DNA of 64,000 bases, from the NCBI GenBank assembly GCA_000320545.1, contig ADNK01001326.1, positions 68,392 through 132,391 of the forward strand. Reading direction: 5' to 3'. Shown one piece after another: positions 39,191-64,000 of this stretch. Each line of letters starts with the position of its first letter. Position 1 is the first letter of the stretch. The notes under the pieces are model-generated. The model did no database searches. It was not told the origin of the DNA and saw nothing but the letters and a program-made list of their open reading frames with translations. Both the position numbers and the translations under genes were made by a program. The DNA comes from Bigelowiella natans CCMP2755 (lineage: Eukaryota > Protista > Cercozoa).

Positions 39191-39870
39191 CGAACGCGCA
39201 CGCTCCAGTGCCAGTAGCGTGCTGTCGACGTGCCAGCTAGCCAGCGTGCCTTGCTGCTGTGCTGTGGAAAAGAAAGAAAGAAACAAAGTTCAATGATCGA
39301 CTGCACTTCCCAATCATCAAGTTCATTGTTCATTGTTCATCGTCCAAAGTGTCATTGCACGACGTGTGCAAGTGTGCAAACAAAGTGGAGTGATCAACAA
39401 GGTCACACGAGGTTTCAAGAAAGAAAGAAACATCAACTTGATGATCGACTGCATTTCCAAAGTGTCGCATGGCGCTTGCAAAATGCGAAACGCAGTGCCT
39501 CGAGCTGAAACACTGTGCAAATTTCAACGATGACTTGAAATTGACACGTCGGCTGCCATGATGAGTCCTGGCTGACTTGACTGCTTCAACTTTCCGTCAA
39601 GCTTCGGTAGCTCGGTAGCGAGTCAAGAAGATCATGGGAAAAGCATGAGTTTGAAATTTTGAGTATGTCGCAAGTGTCGAACGCCCTCCTCTTTCAAACG
39701 ACCAAGAAAAGGCATAGGGAATAGGTGCTTCCGGTATCCATTGCTTTGGAACAGGTTAGCCATCATGGTTGGAGGGTGAATTTGGTTTCTCTAATCTTTT
39801 CAACATTTAGAAAACCAGCAAACAAACTATTCACTCATTCATCACTATTGCTCATCAAGGAAGCAACAAG

Positions 39871-40253
39871 ATGAAAAGGAGGCGGCAATTGCAAGGAAGC
39901 AAATTCGAGATTCCCAAAGAAATCTCATCGAATAGCTTCTGCCCGAAATCTCCGAAAGAATTGGGAGTAGTCGAGCGATCAAGAGAACAAGTCCCCATAT
40001 TTGGTATTTCCGGCGATACGCTTGCGTTCATTTTTAGCTTTTCGGAGCCGGACGACCTACGAAGCGCAGTAAGTTCATCATACACGAGTTCTTTCAACTT
40101 CTTTTTCGAAGCAGCAGCTTCCTATGAGTGTCAGATCCTTCTTTTATGAGCTGGATGTTTTGCTACAGTGTTGTGTTTGTACTCGATGGAGCAAACTTTT
40201 TAACTATCCGACACCTCGGCATCCAAGTAAGTGGTTGAGAGTTCTGACACCCA

Positions 40254-40292
<39 letters not shown>

Positions 40293-40367
40293 TATTACCT
40301 TATTTTGCACACACACACACCTCTGCACACATATATGTCATGTTGTGTCATATAGTGTCATACATAA

Positions 40368-40413
<46 letters not shown>

Positions 40414-41542
40414 CGGATTTAACGTTGCAAATACCAGTGTGGGACGCGTAAATTTAGCTGTTACTTAGTGATATGGCGTCAAGCGTTGAAACAGCGGATC
40501 CAAGCAACAAGATTCTATAAAGTCTTAGCAAATTCTCAGAAGCATCACCTCCCGACAGAGCATGATGAAAAGGGGGATGATGGGCGCTGTCGCTCTCAGG
40601 ATTCAACCGATCATTCCAACCTCGGAGTCAAAGCAATGGGTGGATTTTTTAAGGTTTCCTTTTGTGTAAGATGTCTACATTGAAACAATTTCATCATAAT
40701 TCTTGACGATAGACTAATATTTCATTTAGATGTATGACGGGTCGGTGCTCCGTGAGGCATGTTATCACGTTGTAGATTGGCCTACTCAGGTAGTAGTTCT
40801 GCACTGAAAATACATCAACACTGTAATCAGGTTGAGTTTCGTTGTTAGTTTGATTCTTCACTGGTGAGCGAGGATCACGAGCATCTCATTGTTCCAGTGA
40901 AGGAGATTACCAAATATCCTGCGGAAATATCGGCTACTGAAAGATCTCGGGGCTCTTGTAAGTCTGAGGCGGGTTTGGTTTCTCCCAAAGAAAATGCAGG
41001 AACTCTGCCTTGTCACTTGGCATGGCAGCGAGTTGCATATACGGGAACGATACAACGCGGAGATCGCGCCCTGAGATCCGACCGACCCTTTCCGAGACTC
41101 GGAGAGAAGGATGGACTTTCCTTGGCATTTGTAATGCCTTACAATGTCTCGATGGAGGAGTGTAATGCACTCCGGATGTTCCCTGAGATTTTTGGATGCA
41201 AGCAAGAATATCTTCAGAGTAATGGGGCTGCTGCTGCTGTTGCTGCTGCTGCTTCCCCAAAGCCAAAATCGATACATCAGTTCTCAAAACTAAGTGCTGC
41301 TTCTCAACGATCATTACCCTTTCGATGGAGACGGCGAAATACTGCTCCACAGCAGAGACAGGACCACCACCCCAACCATAGTTGCAACAGCTGGACTTTT
41401 GAAACTAAACGAATGTATAACACCAATAATACTCATTATAGTCATGATGACGGGAAGTGTAGCTCCTCCGCCGTTGAACCAGTAGTACCGCTGAGCAGGT
41501 ACCCGCATACATGATGACTTGATGATACCTGTCAGATCACCG

Positions 41543-41587
<45 letters not shown>

Positions 41588-41905
41588 GCCAATTAAGTAC
41601 TCCACCTGATATATTAATTGATATGGGACTAAACACAGCGCAAAAGGAAGGTTAGAGCACTCATCGTCGTCATCATCGGCAGTACGAGTTCCATACGACC
41701 ATGCAAGTGTTATGATGCTGTCCCCAAAAAACCAAAGCAAATCTGACCAGAAAATCAATAGCCACAACTTTGAGAAAACAGGCGATGATTCCCAAGACCG
41801 CAGCAGCAGCAGCAGCAGCAACAGCAAGAGCAATAGCAGCAAAGTGGCCGATTTAAAACCCGGACTACAGCTCGTCTTCTCAATGGTGTTATTTAGATTC
41901 ATATA

Positions 41906-41945
<40 letters not shown>

Positions 41946-42905
41946 TATCACTCATTCAAGTCTCACGAGATGAATATGTTATTCGTTCAGATCGCATACT
42001 TTGAAGTGCGGATTGAAAAGAGCGAATCGACAGAACAGCAGGTGATTGCTGTAAGCATGAATCGACTTGGATATAAACTGTGGGTTGTTCATATGATACT
42101 TTGGAAATAAATTAGATGTTCACACACACACACACACACACACACTTCCTCACTCTCTTATTATGTATCAGCACGTTGGGGATTGTATTGCCATTGGGGT
42201 TGCACGAAATAAATTCCCTTTGACTGGAAAACAGGTCGCTCACCACCACTACCACAACTACCACCGACCGCCACTGTCATCATTATTTATTATATCGTGC
42301 ACAAGATGAGATTTACCTCCATGGAAATTAAATTATAGCCCGGATGGGATCCGTACTCATTCGGATATCACGGTGATGATGGCAATGCGTTCCATGCAAG
42401 GTCCTCCTATTAATCACCCACTTTCTTCGACACAACTGCAGCGCATAATCGGAGAACATATTAATGATTCATCAATTGCCATCAACAATTAGTGGTGTTG
42501 GGCACATGTACGCCAATTCTTTCGGTCCCGGAGATACAGTTGGATGTGGAATCAACTACAACAACAGGTACTTAGCTATACTAGTCAAAGAAATAGAAAC
42601 TATATAGGTCGATATTTAGACAGGGTTAGGGGGGTTTACTTTTTAGCTAAGTGCTGCTGTATGGGTTCTACGATCGCTGCTGGCACTGCTGTTAAATTAA
42701 AATCCATCCACCGGTGGCAACAAGCATTACCCATTCCATCAATCAATTTTTGATCCAGATCAATCTTCTTCACGAAAAATGGCTCGTTTTTGGGAACAGC
42801 TTTCCAGTACGTTCTCCTCCTCCTCCTCCTCCCCCTCCTCCTCTTCCCATTGTAGTAGTTTCGTGAGAGTATTATCACTGTATGCCCCTCTCCATCCACC
42901 ATCCC

Positions 42906-42945
<40 letters not shown>

Positions 42946-43291
42946 TACGGAGCAGCAGCCATTCTCATGTCTACTGAATTCAGAGTTTCACTTCTATTCC
43001 ATGTCGTCTTCTCCTCCTCCCCCTCCCCCTTTTATAATTTATTTCTACGTTGCAGTTGCGTCCCTCCTGGAAGCTACTATCCTGTCGTAGGGGTGGACAC
43101 GCGACTACCATTTCATGTAATACTACTAATTGGTATTATCATCTGTATTTGACTATGTCAGACATATAGGTTAATTTCGGCATTATCCGTCCCTTCAAAT
43201 TTGAGCTTTTGATCTATCATCAGCAACAGATGGAAAAGCTAGGTAGGTGAATGCATCTTGCTACCTGCCAACTCATCGTGCTTATCCTTCC

Positions 43292-43343
<52 letters not shown>

Positions 43344-44148
43344 CGCGCGCGCGCGCATGTTTACATTCTTCCTCTTCCTCCTCCTCCGCCTCCTCCTCCA
43401 CTTCTTGTTTTTTTTCTTCTTCTTCTTCCTCTTTTTGTTTAGGACTTTTGAATGTGCGAACTTATCCACAGCATCCTTTGCTTCCACTTCTTAAGGCACT
43501 ATTGATGCTGCTACTACTACTAAATTAATACTAAAACAGTAGTGCAAAAGAGAGAAATAGAAAAAGAGAGGAAGGTGGTGATGATGGGGATTTTATGGAG
43601 GAAGAACACGGAGCACATTTTTGAAAACTGTGGTCTCTCAAATTCGTGTTTCAGTTTTTATTTTTTGCTGACATAGATTTGAACTATAAATGTAGGAACG
43701 CGTACGTGCCCGCAAGCCAAGGCGCAGTAGCCCGAGTCCTGAAGCAAAACCACGGCTTTCCCCAACCCGTCGTCGAAGAAGAAGAAGACAAGTTATTACG
43801 CGTATGATCGCAGAGGAGGAGGAAAAGGAAGAGGGTCACACATCAGGCAGTGAAGAAAACGATTCCGACTGGGAGGAAGGGGATGACGACGACGACGACG
43901 ATGATGATGATGATGATGGTGAGAGGAGGAGGACAACGACGATAAAAACGACAACGATGATCATGATGATGATGATGATGATGATGATGAAGGCGATGAT
44001 GATAAGTAGTTAAGAATGAGATACCAATAATCATAGTCACTATCACGTAGGCTATGAAGGGGGGGAACCCGTTATGTTTAATTATGGAGGAGCGACTAGA
44101 AGAATTAACATGGACAACGTCATGATCAGGGCTTTGATTACGGTATAC

Positions 44149-44203
<55 letters not shown>

Positions 44204-44425
44204 CGCGCGCGCGCGCTTTCCTTTCTATGAATATAAACCCATTGTAGCATTATCAGCCAGCTCACATTCACATTTGACTGACTGAAAATGCCTCTCCCAT
44301 CACTTCAGAGGGGTCTAATGTTTCGGGGAACGCGAAACCTATCAACGAGATCCAGAACAGCAACTTTTGCCTCGCAACATATAGTACAAAATGATTCGAA
44401 TGGAGCTGAAGATGAGCAACAATGA
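39871..44425 (+). CDS. F-box plus SPRY (RanBP9/SPRYD3-type) domain protein with an acidic C-terminal tail
   Basis: F-box-like IFGISGDTLAFIFSFSEPDDLRSA|CCVCTRWSKLF. SPRY exons IAYFEVRI, CIAIGVA, PGWDPYSFGYHGDDG, FGPGDTVGCGINY, IFFTKNGSFLGTAF, YYPVVG and VNFG..PFKF, joined in phase. Confidence 0.85.
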
Positions 44426-45585
44426 TAATATGATCCATGATACACTACCGAGACTTTGTACAGATATTCAGTATCCACTTGGAGCCCGTTACTAATTATT
44501 GGTTCCACAGAGGATATCTTACCGATTTGAAGTGATTGGTTTTAACACAGAAGATGTACAGTTGTAGTACTAGAGTAAAGTAATTTATTGAGAATCGTTG
44601 CACAATCATGTATCATCTTTATCAATTGTGTTAGTTGATCACTGCTAACCATGAACACATAATCTAGATCATCCTAATGATTGAATGCCATGAGCCACGT
44701 GGTTGTCCATCTTGTACTCGCAGATGCTAATGGTACACGTGCAACTTCATTGCAAGCATGACTAGATGAGGATGCTACACAGTTCCAAATCTGAATCGAA
44801 TTTTGTTTGGAAAAAACATGGAAAGGATCTTTATTTTTCCGTGCTCAGTAGCATCACAGATGTGTTGTTGCAATGATAGACATGCAATACACAATATATA
44901 TAATATATATAGTGTATTGCTGTGTGCATTATTGCACCACACTGGCACATGTCACACACAACAATCCACTGCTAGACTGTGCCATGCTTGTGTGGCATGC
45001 ATGTCTTGTTCCACGTTGCGTTGTGTGTGCTGTTCGTCAAAACATGCTGTGTTGTTGCATGCTGCTCGCTCATCTACTCAATGCTGCTGATGGAAGCAGC
45101 CACTAGACTAGCTAGCTAGACAATGCAACGCATTTCACAGCATGCATGCCCACAGCGCAGCTAGGATGATCAATGTGTGCGAACGTGGCTAGCTCCTCTA
45201 GTCGATCCTTTCTGTTTCTCATTGTTGTTCGACCTCTCTAGCTTTTTCATGTTGATGGCTAGCGCTCGCTAGCGCTAGTGCTATGGAGTGGCGCGCAGTT
45301 GCAATGTTGCACTCATTGCCCTAGCACCTTGCAATCACAAGCTCTAGAGCTACCTTTAAACCTAGCTACGCTAGCATATGTTTGACACATGCTGGCATGT
45401 GATGGCACATCGCACTGCATCCACTGTTAGCTAAACTAGCAAACTAGCAGATTGCACGCCATGCTAGCATGCTCATTGCTCACGAACGATCACACGCCAT
45501 CTCATAGCTCCTATTTTTTGCATTTCGATCTTGAAGTGTAAATTTTATTTTTGGTATGAGGTACAGGAGTGTGAAGAGTTTCAGT

Positions 45586-46600
45586 TCATCTTTCTTGGTT
45601 GTTGAATCTTTGAATTGTGCTGCATGTGCGTTGTTTGTTTGACTGGCTTAGGAGGAGGCGCATAAGTGGCAGGATATTTCTTGCTTGAAACTGCATTGAC
45701 TGATTTTTCTGCCAATTCATTTTGTCTCTTTTCTGCCATTTTTGACTCATCAATGTTTGAACCTGATGTGAAAGACTTTTATTCCAAAAATGAATTTGAA
45801 TTAGTCGTGTCAAGCGCTTGACCTAGTTGCATGGCTGGGCTCTGATAAGCACCCTCATTGGAAGCATTCACAATGTTTGTTTGCACTGAAGCTCCCTCGT
45901 TTTTCTTCTCCGGCTTCTTCGACTGCTTTACACGGACACCTCCAGCTTTTACTAAGGGTATCGTTCATCGAAGTCATAAGTCACAACGGTGGACAGTTCG
46001 ATAAGGTTAGATGTGTCAAGCATAAGATTGATTCTACTTCTCAGTAACATCATAGTTTCTGACAACATCCACGATACCTGCTTTGTTGAGTTTATCCATT
46101 ATATTGCTTTGCGGAAGGGGGGGATTGAATTTTGATTCGTTTGTTGTTTAATCTCTCTTTCCATGTTTCATTTTGCGACAATTGAAGTCAATTGTCGTCT
46201 TAAGGGGGAACCCCTTCGTTTTCCAAAAGAAATTGAAATATCTTGAAAACAAATCGGATACCCACCTTCCCAATTCTCGCTTCCACGAATGTACCCCTCT
46301 CTTCAAACAAATCTCCTTTCTCACATCAATGACGTATAGATGGTTTTTGCCTGTTTTCCACTCTTGCGACTAAATGTTCAGAGGGTTTTCCCAGATAACT
46401 ACGACTACGACTCGTATCGATTCTTACAACTTTGTGTATGTCGCAGAAGAATAATCGCTGACATTGCCCCTAGACGATAATCAATAACAATCGTTGTTGA
46501 GTGTGAAATTCCCATCCAATATGTATACGAAAGAAAAAATGTTATTGTTGTCATCGTTGCTAGATGGACTAAATTTATCTCGTAGATATATCTTGTTTAA
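45586..46600 (-). CDS. Hypothetical spliced protein; 5' structure unresolved
   Basis: In-phase last join AMQL|GSNIDESKMAEKRQNE...QQPRKMN* (stop at 45586). Upstream exon-like segments GQCQRLFFCDIHKV|SQEWKTGKNHLYVIDVRKE and MDKLNKAGIVDVVRNY. Confidence 0.4.
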
Positions 46601-46747
46601 TTTCTGTTCTATTTCCACATTGTTTCATGATCATTGACTACGAGGACAACTAACAATAGGAACTCAATCCCTTTCCGCTTTTGGGAGTAGTATTGCTTCA
46701 TACACCTCGGCCGTGCTGCAACCTTCCGACCCTGCTGACCTTTCTCT

Positions 46748-49700
46748 ATGAAAGGGAAGGGTCAAGGGAAGGGATGGAACAAAGGCGTTGCTAACTCCAA
46801 AGGAAACAGGAATGGTGGTGTTTCGTTGTTGCACGGGACAACGATGTTCCTGGCAGCGCTCATGACCACGTATATCGTATTGCTCATCCACCAGCACCAA
46901 AAGCACATCAGCAAAACTTCAGGGTATGCTGTGGATGACCACAAAAAGCAACGAAGCTTGTTTTCAAGTGCTGAGGCGAGATACGGGGCTGCGAAACCTG
47001 CACGCACTGTCGCTGACGTCATGGGTAATAAGGCCTGCGCTACTTCAAATATGTTCGTATGTTAAAAAAGGAATTAAAAAAAGAGGTATCACCTTGTTAT
47101 TGATTTAAAAAATTTAAGTAAAGATATTCACCGCCGAATTTAAACTCATGGCAGTAGCACTTATTACTTTGATTCGTGTTGCCATCGACGTGTCTGTCAG
47201 GAGGGAACTCTCCAGCATTATTAGCCGAAGACGAACACTCGCTGCCGAAACTTGCCAAGTATGGGGGTAATGACAGGCCACGGATAATATTCGCGGTCCC
47301 AATGCCGTGGCCGCTAAAGGATGATCTTGCAAAGGATAACCTTGTTGCCACCATTTCAACATGGGGTGCACATGCAACACGGCTGGTGTTGGTCGTTTCG
47401 GAGCAGCAGATCAAGAAGTTTCCTCCAAACTCGGAACTTGGGGAGCAGCATTCACAAATTAAGGATTATCTCTACCCAGTTCCAATGAAGCGTCCTGATG
47501 GCATTCATAACGGTCGCCATATATGGGAAAAAATGTGGCGCGGTTGGCGAATGGTATGCGACAAGTTCCGCCACGAAGCCGAGTGGTACTTACTACCATT
47601 GCCGTGTGATGAATCAAGTGTACAGATGTGTATTTATTATTATTGTCATTATTATGCAGATGAGTCCTGAAAATAAACCTAAGTAATGACTCCCCCTCCT
47701 ACTCGTCCTCAACCAACCAACCAATCAACCCAGGTTTGTGAAGGCTGACCTAGACACCTTTGTCGCTGTTGAGAATATGCGTGCCTTTCTCTCCCATCTG
47801 GATCCGGATCAACCTTATTATTTCGGTCATACACTCTTCCACGATTGGCAGCGTCACAATCTTGTGTTTAACAGGTAGTAGTACTACATGTGAGTTTGCT
47901 CTTAAAACACAGTAGTAGCAGCAGCAGCAGCAGTGAAACATATGTGCATCATTCGATATAATTTTTCTGAATAACGCATACATCAGTGGAACCTGCTACA
48001 TTCTTTCTCGGGAGTCACTACGCCGTTTAGCGATTCGTTTAGGCAGCATAGAGTCGAGTCGCGCATTCACGTATCAGTGTGGAGATGGCGCTGGTGCGAG
48101 GGAGGATCCTCACACAGCTGGGTGTTTGCGCGATGTGGGCGTGTTGGCATCCAATTCTCTTGACGCAAATGGAAAACAAAGATTCCTCACCTTCAGGTCA
48201 CATCTGATCTCATAATTTCTTTATGTGTTCGCGCTCCTCTCATTTTTTTAAAATATTTGTGAGTTTATTTAAATGTCACGATGGATTGAATACCCTCCCT
48301 CCCTCCCTCCCTCCCTCTGTCGTCTTGCAGGCCGCAAGACCATTTGTTCAGGATGAAGGCTGAGCGCTCATGGTTTTGGACGGGTAAGGACAGATCCAAA
48401 GACTTATTAGATTGCTGCTCCAACTATCCTATCTCTTTTCACAACTTCAAATCATATCCTCGCGCTGCTTACGAGCCAGAGGCGTACTACATGCTCGAGT
48501 ACTTCCTATCCGCCCACAAGTATGAGGCCATATTGAAGGCTATGGATCCTCCTAGTCAGGATGCACAAAGATTCAGGGTAGCAGCAGCAGCAGTAGTAGT
48601 ACGAATGTTTGTGTGTGTGTGTGTGTGTGTGTGTCCGAGAGCTAGACAATTTCGCTGCTGCTACTAATTATCTAAGTGTTGTTGTTGCACATTAAATATC
48701 TGTTCTTGTTCTCTCCTCCTCCTCCTCCTCCTCCTCCTCCTCCTCCTCCTCCTCCTCCTCTTCCTCCCTACTTATTCTCTAGGTACCCGAAGATCTCCTC
48801 TCACTGCATCCAGATGAAGACCGCAACATCCCTGGATTCCGACCTGAGCAAAAGTTGAATCACTGGCTAACAGTCAATCCAGATAAGGCCGCATGTGTGC
48901 TCCTTAAGGACCAAGATCACTGCAAATGCAAAATTCCTGAAGTACTTCCCCATCTAACCTCCGGCGTAATGCTCATTCGTGATGAAGGAGACAAAGGAGA
49001 GGAGGGTGAAGATTGCAGTCCAGGCAGCCCCCTGAGTACAGGTGGGCGGTGTAAGTTAAAATGCAAAGAGGGGTACTTTCCGGTTGCGAGTTCTTCGTCG
49101 TGGCTTGGGGGAGGAGGAGGAGGAGGAGGAGAAAAGACAGACGATGATTCTTCTGTCTCCCCGTCGTACGTCACTTGCCCGGACGGTGCATTACTTTATC
49201 CCGAAGAACCACTTCGTTGCAAAATGCGATGCAAGAAGGCTAGTCTAGATGATATCAGGTTTGATGTCGTAGATGTAGTAGCAGTAGTGATAGTTATTGT
49301 AGTAGTAGTTGTTTGTGGGGAATTTTAAATATATTAAGTACATAAGCGACATTGTATGGTACAGCATATTTGTTTGAAATGGATATGCCATTTATTACTT
49401 TTCACCATCGTCGTCGTAATTCAAAAGTGGTACTTAATATAAAGATTGAATGCATCTTCCATGCCTAGAGTCGTTGTGGACTACTACTTGTGATTGTTTG
49501 CTTAATTTCGACGAACGACAAATAATGCATTATCATCTGCTTACTACCCAGACGCAAAGTGGAAGCAAATGGTGATTCTGTGGTTCAAGGGCTGGATGGG
49601 GCTAGAATCCGGTGCGGCAAAGGAAGGGCAATGATCGATGGCAAGGTTGAAAACACACTCAGTTGTGGGAAGGATATCAAGGAAGAGGACTTATCGAGCT

Positions 49701-50386
49701 ACCGGTACTTATAACAGCTATCTCTTTGCACCGTATTTGTTCAACTGTGTGAAGGGTGGAACGTTCCTACGTTGGACGGATTTTGAATGAGCTATTTACC
49801 GCCTCTCATAATAATAATAATACTAATAATCATAATGATAATAATGACACAACGGCAAGGAGAAGAATATCAACACAAATAAAACGTCACTAACTTCATG
49901 AAAACTGCAAGACCGCACATCCAGAAATGATACATACAGATGAATAATATTAAAGAATAATACTATAAAGATCATCATAAAGACGATATGCTGTTTTAAG
50001 TAGTTAATCTTCATGCAATGCATGAAATATACACGCACCATTGAGAGAGTAGTTTGTCAACATAGATGCAGCATATAAATTACTACATGTCCAGGTGTGC
50101 TCCGTGTGTTCGGTGGACCGTCAACTTGTCAGGATCCTCCTATACACACGACTCATGGAAGGCTATCACCGTTGACGGCAATACAGAGTCCAAATTCGAG
50201 GTTGCTTCCGTAAAAACCGGAAGCAAATGGGACCCGAATAAAAATTGTCAGCAATGGCACCGTGAAACACAGCTGATACTAAGGGTGAGGGGAAGAGAGG
50301 CACCAATAAGAGGATTGAGTTGTGGCAATCAACTCATCCAGATCGGAGAAATTAAAAAAGAGGAAGGTATTTGCAAATCAAGATAG
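46748..50386 (+). CDS. GT31 / Fringe-like glycosyltransferase, C1GALT1 (core-1 beta-1,3-galactosyltransferase)-like type II membrane protein with a Cys-rich C-terminal extension
   Basis: N-terminal anchor MFLAALMTTYIVLLIH. Motifs TWG, W|FVKADLDTF..VENMRAFLSHLDPDQPYYFG (DxD), SGTCYILSRESL, ED...GCL, SWFW and CCSNYPISFH follow the C1GALT1 order. The tail has CKLKCKEGY...TC repeats. Confidence 0.85.
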
Positions 50387-50748
50387 TCTAATGAAACAGG
50401 CAACCCATGTGGGAATGGCTACCGCGGTGAATATATCAGATCGCATCCGCATAGCACAATGTACATCGTTTCACCATTGTATCATGCAAGACCGTGCATG
50501 CATCATATCAATAGCTAGATATGTTTAAATTAGCTAGACTGAACGTTCGAATGACTCGAGAATGCATGTTCGATTCGATCGACATATCGTGGCGGTGTAC
50601 GTTCTTCGCGTCGTCAGTTTGCACGCGATGACAGCAAGACGTGTATAAGAGGCCTTGGCGTTTGGCTGTTCACGATGCATGCACATGCTCTAGATGTCTA
50701 GTATGTGTGCTCGGATGGGTCGTGTCGTTCTTTCCGCTGCATGTATTA

Positions 50749-51225
50749 TGAGACGGATGTAATGAAATGTTTAAATTTTTTCAATGGTCATCCTAATGTA
50801 GCTATGCAATGCAGCGGCTACAGCGCTTAAGTTGTATCTGTTGGTTTCCTTGGTCACATGATTATACTAGCATATAGCATGTGGCATGTGACGCTACGCT
50901 GCTCGCATACAGCGTCACATATCAATGGCACACTCAAATGCATGCACTGCGAGATCATGATAAGTGTCAAGACGCTCGCAAACTCGCTAGCTCGCGGTCC
51001 AAAGCTACGTACAGCTTTGAGCACAATGCAACACGCGACGCATACGACAACATATATCCTACATATGGTGCATCATCGCATGCTCACGCACACCAAAAAC
51101 ATGTCCACATATGCATGTGACCAAGGAAACAAACAGACACAATTTAAGCGCTGTAGCCGCTACATTGCACAGCTACATCAGGATGACCATTGAAAAAATT
51201 TAAATCTTTCATTACATCCGTCTCA
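50749..51225. mobile_element. MITE-like element, 477 bp, with ~112-bp near-perfect TIRs
   Basis: 50749-50860 (TGAGACGGATGTAATGAAATGTTTAAATTTTTTCAATGGTCATCCTAATGTAGC...TTGGTCACATG) is the reverse complement of 51114-51225 with few mismatches (~90% by eye). TA on the left flank, CA on the right. No ORF. Confidence 0.9.
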
Positions 51226-51388
51226 CATATGTATGTGATGTCACTTTCGCAGAATGAAGAGTAGGATGCTGATGTTTATGACAAGAGTCATCGTCCACTT
51301 TAACCAATCTTGTGAACGCGCTAGAGTGAGCCTACCCTTCGCAAACCAGCACAGACTTTCTAGCTTTGCTTGTGTATCAGCTTGAGCA

Positions 51389-64000
<12,612 letters not shown>

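Noticed and set aside
38486-39296. Long overlapping ORFs (267 aa on +, 190 aa on -) across the GC-rich island
   Set aside because: Open frames on both strands are expected from high GC and inverted repeats; Cys/Ala/Arg-biased, no recognisable domain or splice pattern
39558-39575. Box C (ATGATGA) and box D (CTGA), possible C/D snoRNA; TTGATGATCG near 39438 resembles the U3 box C
   Set aside because: The boxes are only ~8 nt apart and the other U3 boxes are absent
46085-46140. FNPPLP segment recalling flavin amine oxidases or a SWIB domain
   Set aside because: Match too short, with no supporting motifs in neighbouring exons

Overview
Eukaryotic nuclear DNA, intron-dense and rich in microsatellites. 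By composition and gene style it resembles a chlorarachniophyte such as Bigelowiella (inference, not checked). About 12 spliced protein genes can be traced by hand: cytosolic-type lysyl-tRNA synthetase (-), an ankyrin-repeat protein (+), an unknown secreted/membrane protein (-), a CCDC191-like protein (+), an F-box protein (-), a ~15 kb multi-exon gene ending in SH3-like and SAP-like motifs (+), VPS37 with a UEV-like N-terminus (-), CCDC153/DRC12 (+), an F-box/SPRY protein (+), a small hypothetical gene (-), a C1GALT1-like GT31 glycosyltransferase with a Cys-rich tail (+), and an ABCC/MRP transporter (-) that runs off the right edge. Genes sit almost strictly as head-to-head pairs with short promoters, separated tail-to-tail by ~1 kb spacers. 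These spacers are CTAG/CATG/TGCA-rich and carry an exact 12-bp palindrome, CATGCTAGCATG (7 copies seen, none noticed in genes). Three of them hold copies of a MITE-like element with ~100-bp terminal inverted repeats. The single head-to-tail junction holds a GC-rich multi-hairpin island. No rRNA, tRNA, snRNA or CRISPR array was recognised. All exon models are manual and unverified.
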